Shown here: piece after piece, positions 12,101 through 24,100 of the stretch | Layout: each line of letters starts with the position of its first letter | Position numbering within the stretch: the stretch's first letter is position 1 | From: Amoebophrya sp. A120 | Lineage: Eukaryota; Protista; Dinoflagellata | Direction: 5' to 3' | DNA length: 64,000 nucleotides | Assembly (NCBI GenBank): GCA_905178155.1 | Contig: CAJINV010000017.1 | Location: forward strand, 302,722 to 366,721 | Position numbers and translations under genes: made by a program | Notes under the pieces: model-generated | Seen by the model: only the letters and a program-made list of their open reading frames with translations | The model's database searches: none | What the model was told of the DNA's origin: nothing

Positions 12101-15100
12101 ACACCGTGTACTTGACCTGCACCTTTGGCGGAAAGCACGTGGTTTCCGGTCCGGACAATGTCGCGTACCTGAATCCAACCACAGTGAAGTGCCGCACGCC
12201 GGAATTCCTCCCGTCTGATTCGAAAGTCACGATTCAAGTTTCCACGGACGGGGTAGTGTTCAGTAGTTTGTTGGAGAAGACCATGGATCCGGTTTTGAAG
12301 ATTTACAAGGACGCGATGATCCCGCTCACGGCCCGAATCCGCGTTCTCTCCATCGCACCGCGGCTGATCGCGCGCGCAGCGACGACGGTGTTGAAGATCC
12401 GCGGGAAGAATCTGGTCGCGGGGATGTACTGCTTTTTTGAGAATTCCATTACGAGCCCCGCGGTCGTGATCGACCAAAACAACGCGGAATGCACGTTGAC
12501 GGACGAAACAACGGAGTTCGCTTTGCAGTCGCAGGGCGGAACCGCGAAAGTGCAGCTGCAGCTGATTCTACCATCAGATACCCTCCGCTTCGCCTTCTTT
12601 CACGTGGCGGAACATTTATTGTCGGTCAAAGTCCGAGAGCGGCCGATGTTCTACTCGCTCACCCCGTTTTTCGGTTCGACGTATGGCGGCACAGAAGTGT
12701 CCATCAAGGGTCAGAACCTTCTCCCCGACGACGAGCAAGACGCGACAGTGAAATGCATCTTCTGGTTTGGCCGCTACGCATTGCAAAAGCATGACCTTCG
12801 CACACAGTAGAATTCGCATGATGAATTTTTCCACAAGGAGAATGAAAGGAAATTTGTCATGCCGGTTCAGGTATAAGCGCAGGGCAGCGGCAGATCTGTC
12901 ATGTCAGCCTGCAAATTGTACGAGTGCGATAGTACTTTTGCAAAAATCCATATCCTACCAGTGGAGGCGATTTCCGTGAACCAAACGGTGATTACTTGTG
13001 TGACCAACGCGGCGCTGAACCCGACCCAGTCCTGGTCGCAGGAGGTCCAGGTGCAGTACTTGAACAGATTCCTACGCGTCTACCCGTCCGAAGCGCAGCT
13101 AGATCCGCGACCGTACAACGTTTCCACTTTCACAGAGGGCTTCGAAGAACCGATGATGCTCTCGACCGGCTTGAAATTCAACTTCGAGCCGCCACCGGAG
13201 ATCAACACGATCGAGCCGTTAGTTGTTGCGCAGCACGACTACATCCTGGTCGCGGGGAAGAACTTCCTCCGCGCGGGCGTGAAGACGCACATGCGGTGTC
13301 GGTACCGGTTGAAGTTGGACAATCTGAACACGACGGCGGAGCAGGCGCGAGTGTTGCGGATGAATAATGAAGTGTCGGAAACAAAAGTGTTGGCGAACAT
13401 CATCAACCACGACTTGATCCGGTGTAAAACCGTTCTAGTCGGGAACATCACCGTCGACGTGACGATCTCGATCCAGGAGAACCCGTTGCTAGAGTGGTCT
13501 AACAGTAGGGAAATCAAAGTCTACGAGGCGCCGAAGGCTTTCCAGACATTAGACTTGGCGCTGGAAACGGTGAGAAAACAGAAGGAAGCGCAGTTGCAGT
13601 TAGAAGCGAATCAGGCGGCTGGCATAAGTTACAACGTGACGACGACAAGCACTACGACCACCGACCCGTTCCTGCCTCTGAACAACAACACAAACGAGAC
13701 TTTGGCGACTTTGGTGTATCACCAGTCCGTGGAAACGATAGCGGTTGCGATGGACCTGGAGAAATGCGAAGATAATGAATCAGGTGAATGTCTCCGACCG
13801 CCGCCCGGTGGCTTGTTTGCGCCACTTAGCTGCGCAGATTACGCGGCGAAGGGGGGATGCTTCTCTCTAGTCTTCGACGGGTGCTGTCAAAAAACTTGCG
13901 GGATGTGTCCGGATGTGTTGAGTAAGAACTCGCAGAATTTGGTCTGTTTGATTGTCGATCTAGAAACCGATAGAGTTGTCATCGTTCCGAGACGCTCCGA
14001 CAACCTCTTCGGAACCGACGCGCGGGTCACGACAAACATGACGCAGGAGTTAGTGCTCGCGAACTGCCTAACCGCACCCCTTCCTCCCTACAAGAAGTTT
14101 TTTGTCAAAGTGGCGCTGTTATCTCGGAATTATCAAAACATTTTCGAGCGGTCGATGTTCTACCAGGAAAACTTTCACCAGATCTACCAGCAGCGCACGA
14201 ACGACACGAAATTGCTTCAAAACGAGCACGACATCTTCGCGATTGCGGCCACCGGCGGGGCGCCGATGCTGACGTACACCGGGGGCGTCGCGCAATTGCT
14301 GGAGAGAACTTTGTTCCCGAAGTTCGGGCAAGCCGGGACGCCTCTGTTGATCAACGGGGTCGATTCGGCGTATGTCAAGTGGTGTCGGTTCGGTACGCCG
14401 GAACTCGCATCGACGACGCCCGGATCGAGTCCTCCGTGCCTGGAGTGGTGCGTGAACGACGCAGCTAGCACGGTCCCGTATTGTTGCTCGGAGACATTAT
14501 CCTCCGGTGGGAACGCTTTAACCGTAGCCGCGGTCGCCCGCGGGCCGAAGCAGGTGCAGTGTGTCGTTCCGCTTATGCCGCTGCGGTCGAAATTGCAGGG
14601 CAGAGTCCCGCAGATCGACGCGGCGTTCCCGATTTTCTTGGGGTACACAAAGCAAAACCTGTACGACAGCAGGCTGACATTTTACTACGAACCGGACTAC
14701 CAGGTGACGAGGATTACGCCGCAAAGAGGGACGAAAACCGGCGATGTGCCGGTGATGTTGGAAACAACAGCAATCTGGCTTGAAGGCTTCCCTCGACGGG
14801 CCGACTGCTTCTGCAGATTTTCCTCCCCACCCGGACAACCTCTAGTCCACGACTTCGAGCGGCCCGCAACCTGCGACTTCGCGCTCCGCGTCATCAACTG
14901 CACGACGCCGACGGTCCCGGCCCCGACGATTCTGAAGGTGCAGGTGGCGTTGGCGGGGACGTTAGGCGGTTATCACCAGTGGTCAGTGGAGCCCTATGTC
15001 TACTTTGAGTTCTACAACGAGGAAGAGCTTAGCTTCGTCTCCATCTACCCACCACTGGGGTCCTTGCAGGGGAACAACACGGCGGACATCTACGCCACGG

Positions 15101-18100
15101 GGAACTACCCGATCTTGTTCAAGAACTTCTACAAACAAGTGCTCGAACCGTACAAATTGGCGAACAAGGACCCGCTGGCGATTTACGAGACGCAGGAGGA
15201 ATCGGATTTCCCCACCCCGGTGACGTACTGCAGATGGAACAACGAGTACATCGTGATTGCGGAGTTGGTTTCCAGCACACAGTTGATTTGCAACGTGCCG
15301 AGCAGGTTCATGTTCTGTCAGAACAATCTCCCCACCAAGAACGAGTCGCTCATTCTGTCGAAAGACCCCCAGTTCGCGATTCCGGAAGACCCGTGTTACA
15401 ACGGGACGTTGTTCGATTTGGAAATCTCCTTCGCCGGCAATCCGCCGAATTTCCTCCCGATCAACAACTTGCAGTTTATCCAGCACGATCTAGTTTCGTA
15501 CAAACAGGAATTCCAGTTGCGGATCGATCCATTGTATGGGTTCGGTCAGGTGCAGTTGAAAGTCACCGGGTCGAATCTGAAGTCCCTTGCGCCGGAGCTG
15601 CCGAACTGCGTCTGGAACTACGGCACGTACATGACAAGATTGACCGTGTTCAATTCCAGTTACGGCGAGTGCGACGTGCCGTTATTGAAGGACATCATCC
15701 CGTCGCAAGCGGAGTACGACGCAATCGAGCTGCCGCACGACATCAACGTCGACATCACACTGGACGGGGGAGAAACGAGGTCTTACTTCTCGGTGATTTA
15801 CCAGTTCATCGCGCACTTCCAGATTCTCGCGCTCTCCCCGAACCGGGGGATTTGGTCGGGTGGAACGCCGTTAGAGGTTCTCGGGGATTTCTTCATCAAG
15901 TCCCCCCAGCTCTTCTGTCGCTTTGGCAACGTCGAGGTCCCTATCAAATGCAAAAATGTCTGGGTCTGGAAGAATGCGAGATTTGTCATGCTGATCTGGC
16001 ATGGCCCTTAAATCTGTATTGCGTGGCCACAAACAGCCTCTCTCGCCTGTCATGCAATAACGCAGTTTCTCATGCGGAATACGCAGCACAGAAGCACGAA
16101 GCAACTTGTCATGCTTGGCGGCGCATTACACTGCATTTGTTATTGACTGACTTGCATCACAAGTTTCGAGACCCAGACATTTTTGCATTTGATAGTCCCG
16201 GCGGTGTACGTGAGTAGACTGCTCTTGACCTGCGTTGCCCCGGCCTTACCCCGGCCGACCACCGTGGACGGGCAAACGGCGTACCCCTTTTCCTACTCCG
16301 TCGATGCGCAGCGGTTTTTGCCCGCGCTGGACGAAAACGGCCAGCAGATCTTCTGGTACGCGATGGAAGAGCCGGTTTTGGACTTGATTAAGCCGGACAT
16401 CGGGCCCTACACGGGTGATACGAATGTCACGATTAGAGGAAAGTTTTTCCAAGACGTGTCCTACCTGTCCTGCAGCTTCGGGGTGTTCATCACACCGGCG
16501 TTTTACGTGAACGCGACGGCGGTGCAGTGCGTTGTGCCGCCGTGTAAGGACGCGTTTGGGACTTCGATCTCTATGACGGACAACGGCTTTTTCCAGGCCT
16601 GTTTCGGAACCGTTGCAGTGAAATTGACCATGAATCAAGAGGAGTTCTACGGAAATCTCACCTTCGAGTACACGAACCGGCAACGGATTTTACAGGTGTA
16701 TCCCTGGTCGACTTCCTTCGAGCCGATCGACTTGTTCGTTTTGATCAACGGAACGAATTTCGCCGAGGAGGGCATGTACTGCCGGTGGTCGACGCCGGAC
16801 GGGTCGCATTTGGACCCGGTGAAGGCGGTGGAAGTGCAAAAAGAGTCGATGCGGTGCCGGGTGCCGGGGTTGCCGCCAAAGTACCAGATCGACACATCGA
16901 TCGTGCAAGCGGGGTCCGCCGGCGCGATTCACGACACCGTGATTGGGTACTTGGAGATCTCGCCCAACCCCGACCAGGACTACACGCGGGACCGACTGCC
17001 CTGGACCTGGTACCGACCGGCCATCGTGAAGAAGGTGATGCCGGAGACGGTGTACCACGGGAAGCCCGTGCAGGGGGCTTTTGTGATTACCGGAAGACAT
17101 TTTAGGCGGTTGGACGCGGAACGGGAGCTGCAGTGCCAGTGGTTTGCGGACGCAACAAACCCGGCGAACTACGAGTTGGTGCAGGCACACTACCAATCGC
17201 CGACGGAGGTCCGGTGTCAACCGACGCAGGCGGTGTATTCTTCCACCGGGTTGGACATTTCGCAACTGAATGTTCCGACGAGGATCGAGGTCGGCATGTC
17301 GCAACTAACCTACTCCGTTTCGCAACACACGGTGATGGCTGAGCCATTTGTCGATTTAGTGCACCACTACGAGCCGAGTCCGATCAACCCGCTGATTCAG
17401 ATCCAGTTCCCGGCGTTAGATTTCGACTACGACAACTTGAACCTCGGGGGAGCACCGAGGTGTATCCACCTCGGGGGGTGCACGCTCGGGTTGCGCGGAC
17501 ACAATCTCTGGAACCCGATGCTGAACCATCTGAATAAGCTGTACGTTGTCGTCGGGGACACAATTGTAGAGGCCAGGCACTGGTTCGCCTACCCGTACGG
17601 CTCCAGACGGAAGTACGCGACCTTCAAAGCGCCGCCGGTACCCCACAGGGCCGATTTGGCGAGAAACGCCGCGGTGTTTGTCACGAGAAACTTGCAAGAT
17701 TTGTCCACCGCACGGTTCGATTACAGGATAACGTACGTGAAATTAGATGCGGGGAAGTACTACCGGCCGGAATTGCAAAACGGAACCGCGATTCCCTGTC
17801 CCCGTGGTCACTACTGCGAGGGGGCGCTGCAGACGAACTTCTCCGAGTGGCTGGTGCCGCCGACCGAGCCGCTGCCCTGTGCGTCCGGAACGTTTCAGAA
17901 CTTCACCGGGCGGGGCGACTGCAAGATCTGCGAGGAGGGGACGACCTGTCCGGAAACCGGGATGGGCGAGCCGATCCAGTGCGCCGTCGGCTACATCTGT
18001 TGGACGCGGGGCGGCTGGGACGCCGCGATGCCACTGTGTCCGAGCGGAATTCTGTGTCTCCGTCCGCCTTACGGGAAGTCTTCGCTCTACATCGCGACGA

Positions 18101-21100
18101 CCAGCCGGATCCGCCGGCTGCTCATCGCTTCAGAAACGGGAGATCCGAAGTACTTGGAGCAATTACTAGATCTTGTGCAAGACGACGAGATGAACGACTT
18201 CCTCTCTTCCACCCAGATCACCAACGCGGAGAGGAAGGTTTTGAAGGAAAACATGTTCAAACCCAGGCTGTTGGAAAAGATCCAGCGCTTCAACGAATCG
18301 CTGCAGGCGGAGCGGCGTGCGATCTTCGCGTCGGGGAACGACAAGCAATCCATCTTCGGCGTCGAGGGGATCGATACAGACGCGGCGCAAGCGAAGGAAA
18401 ACTTCCTCTCCCGAAAAGCGCAGGCGAAGCGGTTGCTGCGGCAGTTCGTTTTGCCCGATGGACAAAGGTACCACAAATCCGTCGGGGCCGAGCCGCCAAT
18501 CCGGAAGAAGAACATCATCACCTCGCATGCGAAAAACCAACTCTACCACGAGTACACCACGACCAGCCGGTCGATCTTCGACGAAACTGCGAAGGGGAAA
18601 GTTCCTCTGGACGAAGAGGAGGAGGGCGAAGAGAACACGCTGCACTTTTACAGGATGATACGCATTGCAAAACTGTCGTACGTAGTAGAAATTGCATCGC
18701 AAATTTTTCCAGAAGAAAGCACAGAGTTTGATGTCATGCGGATTCAGATTAGCAAGCAGGTTTGTCATGCAGAACTGCAAGTAAAACTAAAAACTGCCAC
18801 TACGACATTTTCGCCGAGGATAATTGATGAACCATTACTACTACGACCCGGACGAGTTGACCTACATCATCGACTCACACCAAGCAATTTGGGAGGCGAT
18901 GGACATGCCGGAGCGCCGACGTGCGCTGCTGACCAACGTGATCGGCAGCTCGATCGAGGAGATCGCGAAGGGCGTGGAGGCGGAGAAGAAGAAGGTGGAG
19001 TCCGTCGGCGTGCTCCCCTCGAACAAGCACTTCGGACCTTTGGGCCGGGGCGATTTGGATCTGCACGAGGACGGGCTGCAGCGAATCCGGGAGATTCTCT
19101 ACCGGAAGAAAGCAGACAGACGGGAGCTGCAGGAACGCGATGCGCCGACGATCACCGGCCTACCGATTCAGGTCGTCCCGTGTCCGGCGGGTGTGTACTG
19201 TCCGCCCGGGTCGATGGCGCAGCAAAATGCGGATGGGTCGTTTCAGGTGGTGTCCGCGAGCCAGTGCTCGATCCCGGGGGTGGTGTGCACGCCGGGAACG
19301 AGCGTACCCGTTGCGGTGGACACCACCGTGCCCGCGGGCATGTACGTCGACCCGCAGTCCGGGTTACTGGTCTCCTGTCCTCCCGGATACAGCTGCCCGG
19401 GCGGGTCGCAGACCAGCGGACTTCCCTCCGCTTGCCCACCGGGGCAGTTTCTGGACTCCGCGGGGGGCGGTCAATGCCGGACCTGCACCGCGGGTACCGC
19501 GTGCTCCGGCTTCGGCGGGGCGCTTCCGGAGCCCTGTCCCGCGGGGAAGGTGTGCGTCTTCCCGGGTAGGTCCGGCTCGGTGTTCAACTGCCCGGCCGGG
19601 AGTTACTGCCTGCCCGGGACCTTCACGATGAACTCCAACGCGGTCGTGCCGGCGGGCTTTAACGCGCCGGTGATTTGCCCGGTAGGGACGTATTGTACCC
19701 AGGGGACAGGGAAAGTCGAAGTGGACGACCTCGACCCCATGGCGCCGAAGAACTGCGTCGAGGGGACGTTTTGCGGCGTGAACGTGACCAGTCCCGGCGG
19801 GACGGACAACTGCCCCCTCGGGTGGTACTGCGAGCGTGGCGTTCCGTTCCCGAAACCCTCGCCCCCCGGACATTACGTCTCCGACTACGGCCAGGAGTAC
19901 CCGGCGAAGTGCCCACCGGGTCTTTACGCGGACGTCTGGGCGTCGATCCAGTGCAAGCCCTGTCCCGCCGGTTTTGAGTGCGGACAGGATGGAACGGAGG
20001 ATCCGAAACCCTGTCCGGAGGGAACGTTCCGGGACGCCAGGGGGGATCCTTTGGAAAACGTGTTCTGCAACCCCTGTCCGCAGGGCACGTGGTCGCCGAA
20101 CACGCAAGTGAAGCGCGAGGAGGACTGTTTGGATTGCGACGAGCGGTACGTGTGCTCCATCGAGGGGATGGTCCGGTTCGCGACCATTGAGCAGCCCTGT
20201 CCGCAGGGCGCCCCGCCGACGGAGATTTGCTACCAGAACTCGCTCGGGACCGACTGCCCGCCGGGTTTCGCCTGCGCCCGAGCCACCACCCAGTACACCG
20301 CCGGCGACTTCCCCTGCGACCCGGGGTACTACTGCGCGCCGCGGACGGTTCCGCGAGAGATGCGCAACTTGCTGTGTCCCGCGCAGTACTTCTGCAAGGA
20401 AGCAACGCGGTCCTCGGCGAAGAACCAGTTTCCGTGCCCGGCTGGGTTTTTCTGCCCGGCAGGGACGGCGGCGGAGTCGATTCGTCCCGCGGGGTCGAAC
20501 CGGCTAGAAACGAAATACTACAATGTCCGGTCCTGCGACAGCTTCATGCTCACGATCAGCACCTACGCGTGCCAGTTCTACACCTTCTCCGGCCCCGCGA
20601 CGGAAGCGCCGCGGACGGAGGCGGGGGAGTTGATTTTCCCCATGGCGATCCCGAAGGCGAGACGCGTTTTGTCGATTTTAGGGCTGGATTCCCGCCCGAC
20701 GCAAGAGATGGACGATGTCACCGCGAAATCGATTTTAGCCGAGTACATCTTCGACGTAGAGACGGATCGGCAAAAGGAGTACGAGAAGCACACTGGCCCG
20801 GCGGCGCGCAGGTCCCTTCACGAGGCGAAGAACCCGTTTACAAAGATGGAGGAGCTGACGAAGGCGGAGCAGAAATTGTTCGAGACCAAGGCGAAAGTTT
20901 CGCAGGAAGCCGCGCACATTTTGCTGCAGTTCTCGCCCAAAACCGATTTGCCACTGCTATCTTACAACACCGCGAAGCAGTTGCAAGACATGCACCACGC
21001 GGTCACCGACCCGTACAACATGCCGAAGACTTTCGAGATGCTCGGGAATCTGCGCGACCCGTATTTGTACCCGGAATCGGCGTACGAGTTCATGGAGAAC

Positions 21101-24100
21101 ATCCTGTCCGAGCAGTTCGCGTACACCGAGGTGGAAGACGAGGACGACGAGGACGATATGAACGAGCCGCTCTTCTTCAGCGAGCCGAAGGTCGCCTCCG
21201 TGCAGGTCGGGGGCACCGCCGGGTTTGTTTCCAACGTTTATCAGCCACAAGCGCTGCCGGGGGCCGGCGTTGCACCTTCTAGGTTCTCGAGTAAGACGAT
21301 GTATTTGAATGACATTTACGGAAACGACGACGTCCGGTACGATCAGGAAACGACATTTCTCCCTGGGCATTTCTCGGTGGAGGAGGCGTTGTACGCGGTG
21401 ACGAGGGAATTGATGATGAATACGACGTGCAAGATTATGTTCTTCAACTTCATGCTGCGCACGATCGAGGATTTGGCCGCGAAATCCGCACAGTTCGCGG
21501 TCGAGGAGAAGGGGCCGGAATTCTACCAGGTCGATTGGCACGACGTGGGTGAGGCGAACGAATCCCTGCCGCCCGACCTCCGGGGGTCCAGCTGTGCGAC
21601 GAGGACGCTCGTGAAGACTTTCAAGAACCGGATTATGAAGATTGTGGCGCGGGAGCGGCAGAACGGCATGAAGGATCTGGTGAAAGAATCAAGGATGCGC
21701 TTGTTTCCACATTTGAAGGAATTAGAAGACAGGATTGGCAAGGTTGTGGCGGAAGGAGGGAACAAAGGCACAGCAGCTGGAGCAGCAGCTGGCTCTCCCA
21801 GCGAAAAACAAGAAGCAGCACCGCAGGAAGAGAAGCGCACTTCGTTTATCAACGTGGACACTTTGCGCTCGACAACGCGGAGGTTGCGCGCGTGGATGTT
21901 CGGAGGCGATTCCCCAGATGTAGAGGAGGAGTCGGCTGGCGCGAATGCAGCCGCAACCCCCACTGCTGTAGCAACGTCAACATCTACTACCAAGGCGTCT
22001 ACTGCGCAAGAAGACCAGCTGAAAATCCCCCGGTCCTGGGGACCGGCGATCGACGCGCGGGGCTTGGCAGAGGAGATTTTGGTGCGACGGGAATGGAGTT
22101 TGGAGCAACATGCGCTCTCGCCTACGAGCATTTTCCGGGTGGTGGCGCCGGAAGCCTGGCGCATGGCGACGGGGGTGGATCTGTACGACCAGTACCGAAG
22201 CATGCGGAAAAGGCGCGAGTTGCTCCGGCTTCCGGGTCCCGAAGGAGAACAAACAAGCTCTTCAATCCAGCCTGTCATCCCCGTCCTCGACGAGAGTTTT
22301 GACGACCCACTATCCGAAACCTCCCTGCGCCGCCGCGCCATCGAGATTCTCGCGCTCGACGCGTCTTCTCTACCGGACAACAGTCGGGAAGTCGCGACGT
22401 TGGTCGAATCCCTGCGCTACAACAGCATGCGGAACATCCAGGAGAACCGGCTGCTGGAGGAGAAGTCCGAGGAGGAAAAGAGAAGAAAGCTGCAGACCCT
22501 CGGGGTCGCGAATTCCAAAAACGACACGATCTCCTTTCGCGGGGAATCCATCCTGCTCGACAGCAACCAGGTGCTCACGGTCACGCAGTACGAGATCTCC
22601 GAGGTGCCCTACTTCGCGATTCCGAAGGTGGACCGGGATACGAAGGCGCTCTGTCGCTTCTGCGACCCGGCGAAGGAGGAGTTACTCCCTGGCGCTTTTG
22701 TCTACGACAACGTCAACTGCCCGGTTTGCGACTACCACTACGAGTACCGCTCGCTGAAGTGCCCGAAGGGAACGGAGTCTCTGTTCCGCTCGTCCCAGCC
22801 AGACGACTGCAAGCAGACGGGGACGGTTATTGCCGCGATGAACGCGTACGTTTGTTACCCGCCGCGCATCTGTTGGGAGACCAACTACCGTCGCGAGATG
22901 GAGAACAAGCCGCGGCCCGAGGGCGAGGCGCTATACATCCCGAGCACCGAGGAGTTCTGCGGCCCTCGGCTCCCCGTCTCCGCTTTGTGCGGCATGAACT
23001 ACCCGCAATTCCTCACCGGGGGCATGCAGCCCCTGGAGGCGGTGAAGGCGAACCCGATGATCAAGAAGTCCTTCGTGTGGGGAGACCCGCTGCCGAATAG
23101 TAACAAGGTGGTGACGTTTTTGGGTTACGACCCGGACATCGAGTGTGTCGAGTTCCCCAACGACTGTACGTGGCCGATCCAGAAGGTGTCCATGCAGCCC
23201 ATGGACATGATCGTGCTGCAGATGAACTTCACGAAGGTGCACCAGGATATCCGGTACAACGCGCAGGGCGGTGGACATTACCTGATCTACATCATGACCA
23301 GCTCCTTCGAAAATCTGCTCTTGTCCGAGGGCTCGACTGCAAGAAATAGGCTATTGGCAGGTCACGCCCTGCCCCCGTACTTCAAACGCGAGCGAAATGA
23401 TAAGTTGCACCACTACTTCGAGATCAAGGTCTTCGCCCTGTACGCGTTAGATATCCGCGTCGAGATCCATTTATTGCACGGCATCCACTTACCGCGACTC
23501 GCTTCGTTCAACGAGACGATAGATTTGAAACTGTACTCCCCCTTCCGGACCTGGGCGGGCACGCGGAAGTTCTTCATTGCGTTGCTGGACAAGGATTTAC
23601 TGAACAACGGGGAGTACGAACTGCCCTACAACATGCCGCCCGACCAAGCGAACGTCGCGAAAACCGGGGAGAAACAGATCCTGATCGACTTGGCCCGGTA
23701 CGAGTCCCCGGATTTCAACAACGAGCCGCAGAACGTGCTAAACGATGGTGAAGAGGACGCTTTGTTCTCCCTGCAGACCCAAAGTAACATCTTCTGGAAC
23801 GTGGAGCGGATTCAGACGGTGGCGATGAGCTGGATCCCGTTCTTTTCGAACTGTGAGGACTATGACAGCCACATCGTGTTCTGGGACTTGCTCGAACAGC
23901 CGGAGGGGAGGTTGGACAAGAAGCGCGGGCGCTGCGTATCCTGAGTAAAAACGTACCCACCCCAGAGTCGAGATGGGGAATTTGCAACACAAACCTAGGA
24001 GTTTTAGGAGTCACGCGTGACAAGTTTCAGTCCGTAAGGTAGTGCAAGTTAGCAAGGAAAGCCGCATCACAAATCCACCCTCTGATCCTGTTTACAGCAT

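Noticed and set aside
18659-19569. Programmed frameshift or overlapping genes at ORFs 16183/18824
   Set aside because: Explained by the degenerate element at 18659-18822. The tail of ORF 16183 is an off-frame shadow.
16246-23607. Long antisense and alternative-frame ORFs
   Set aside because: Shadows of GC3-rich coding sequence with no recognisable domains.
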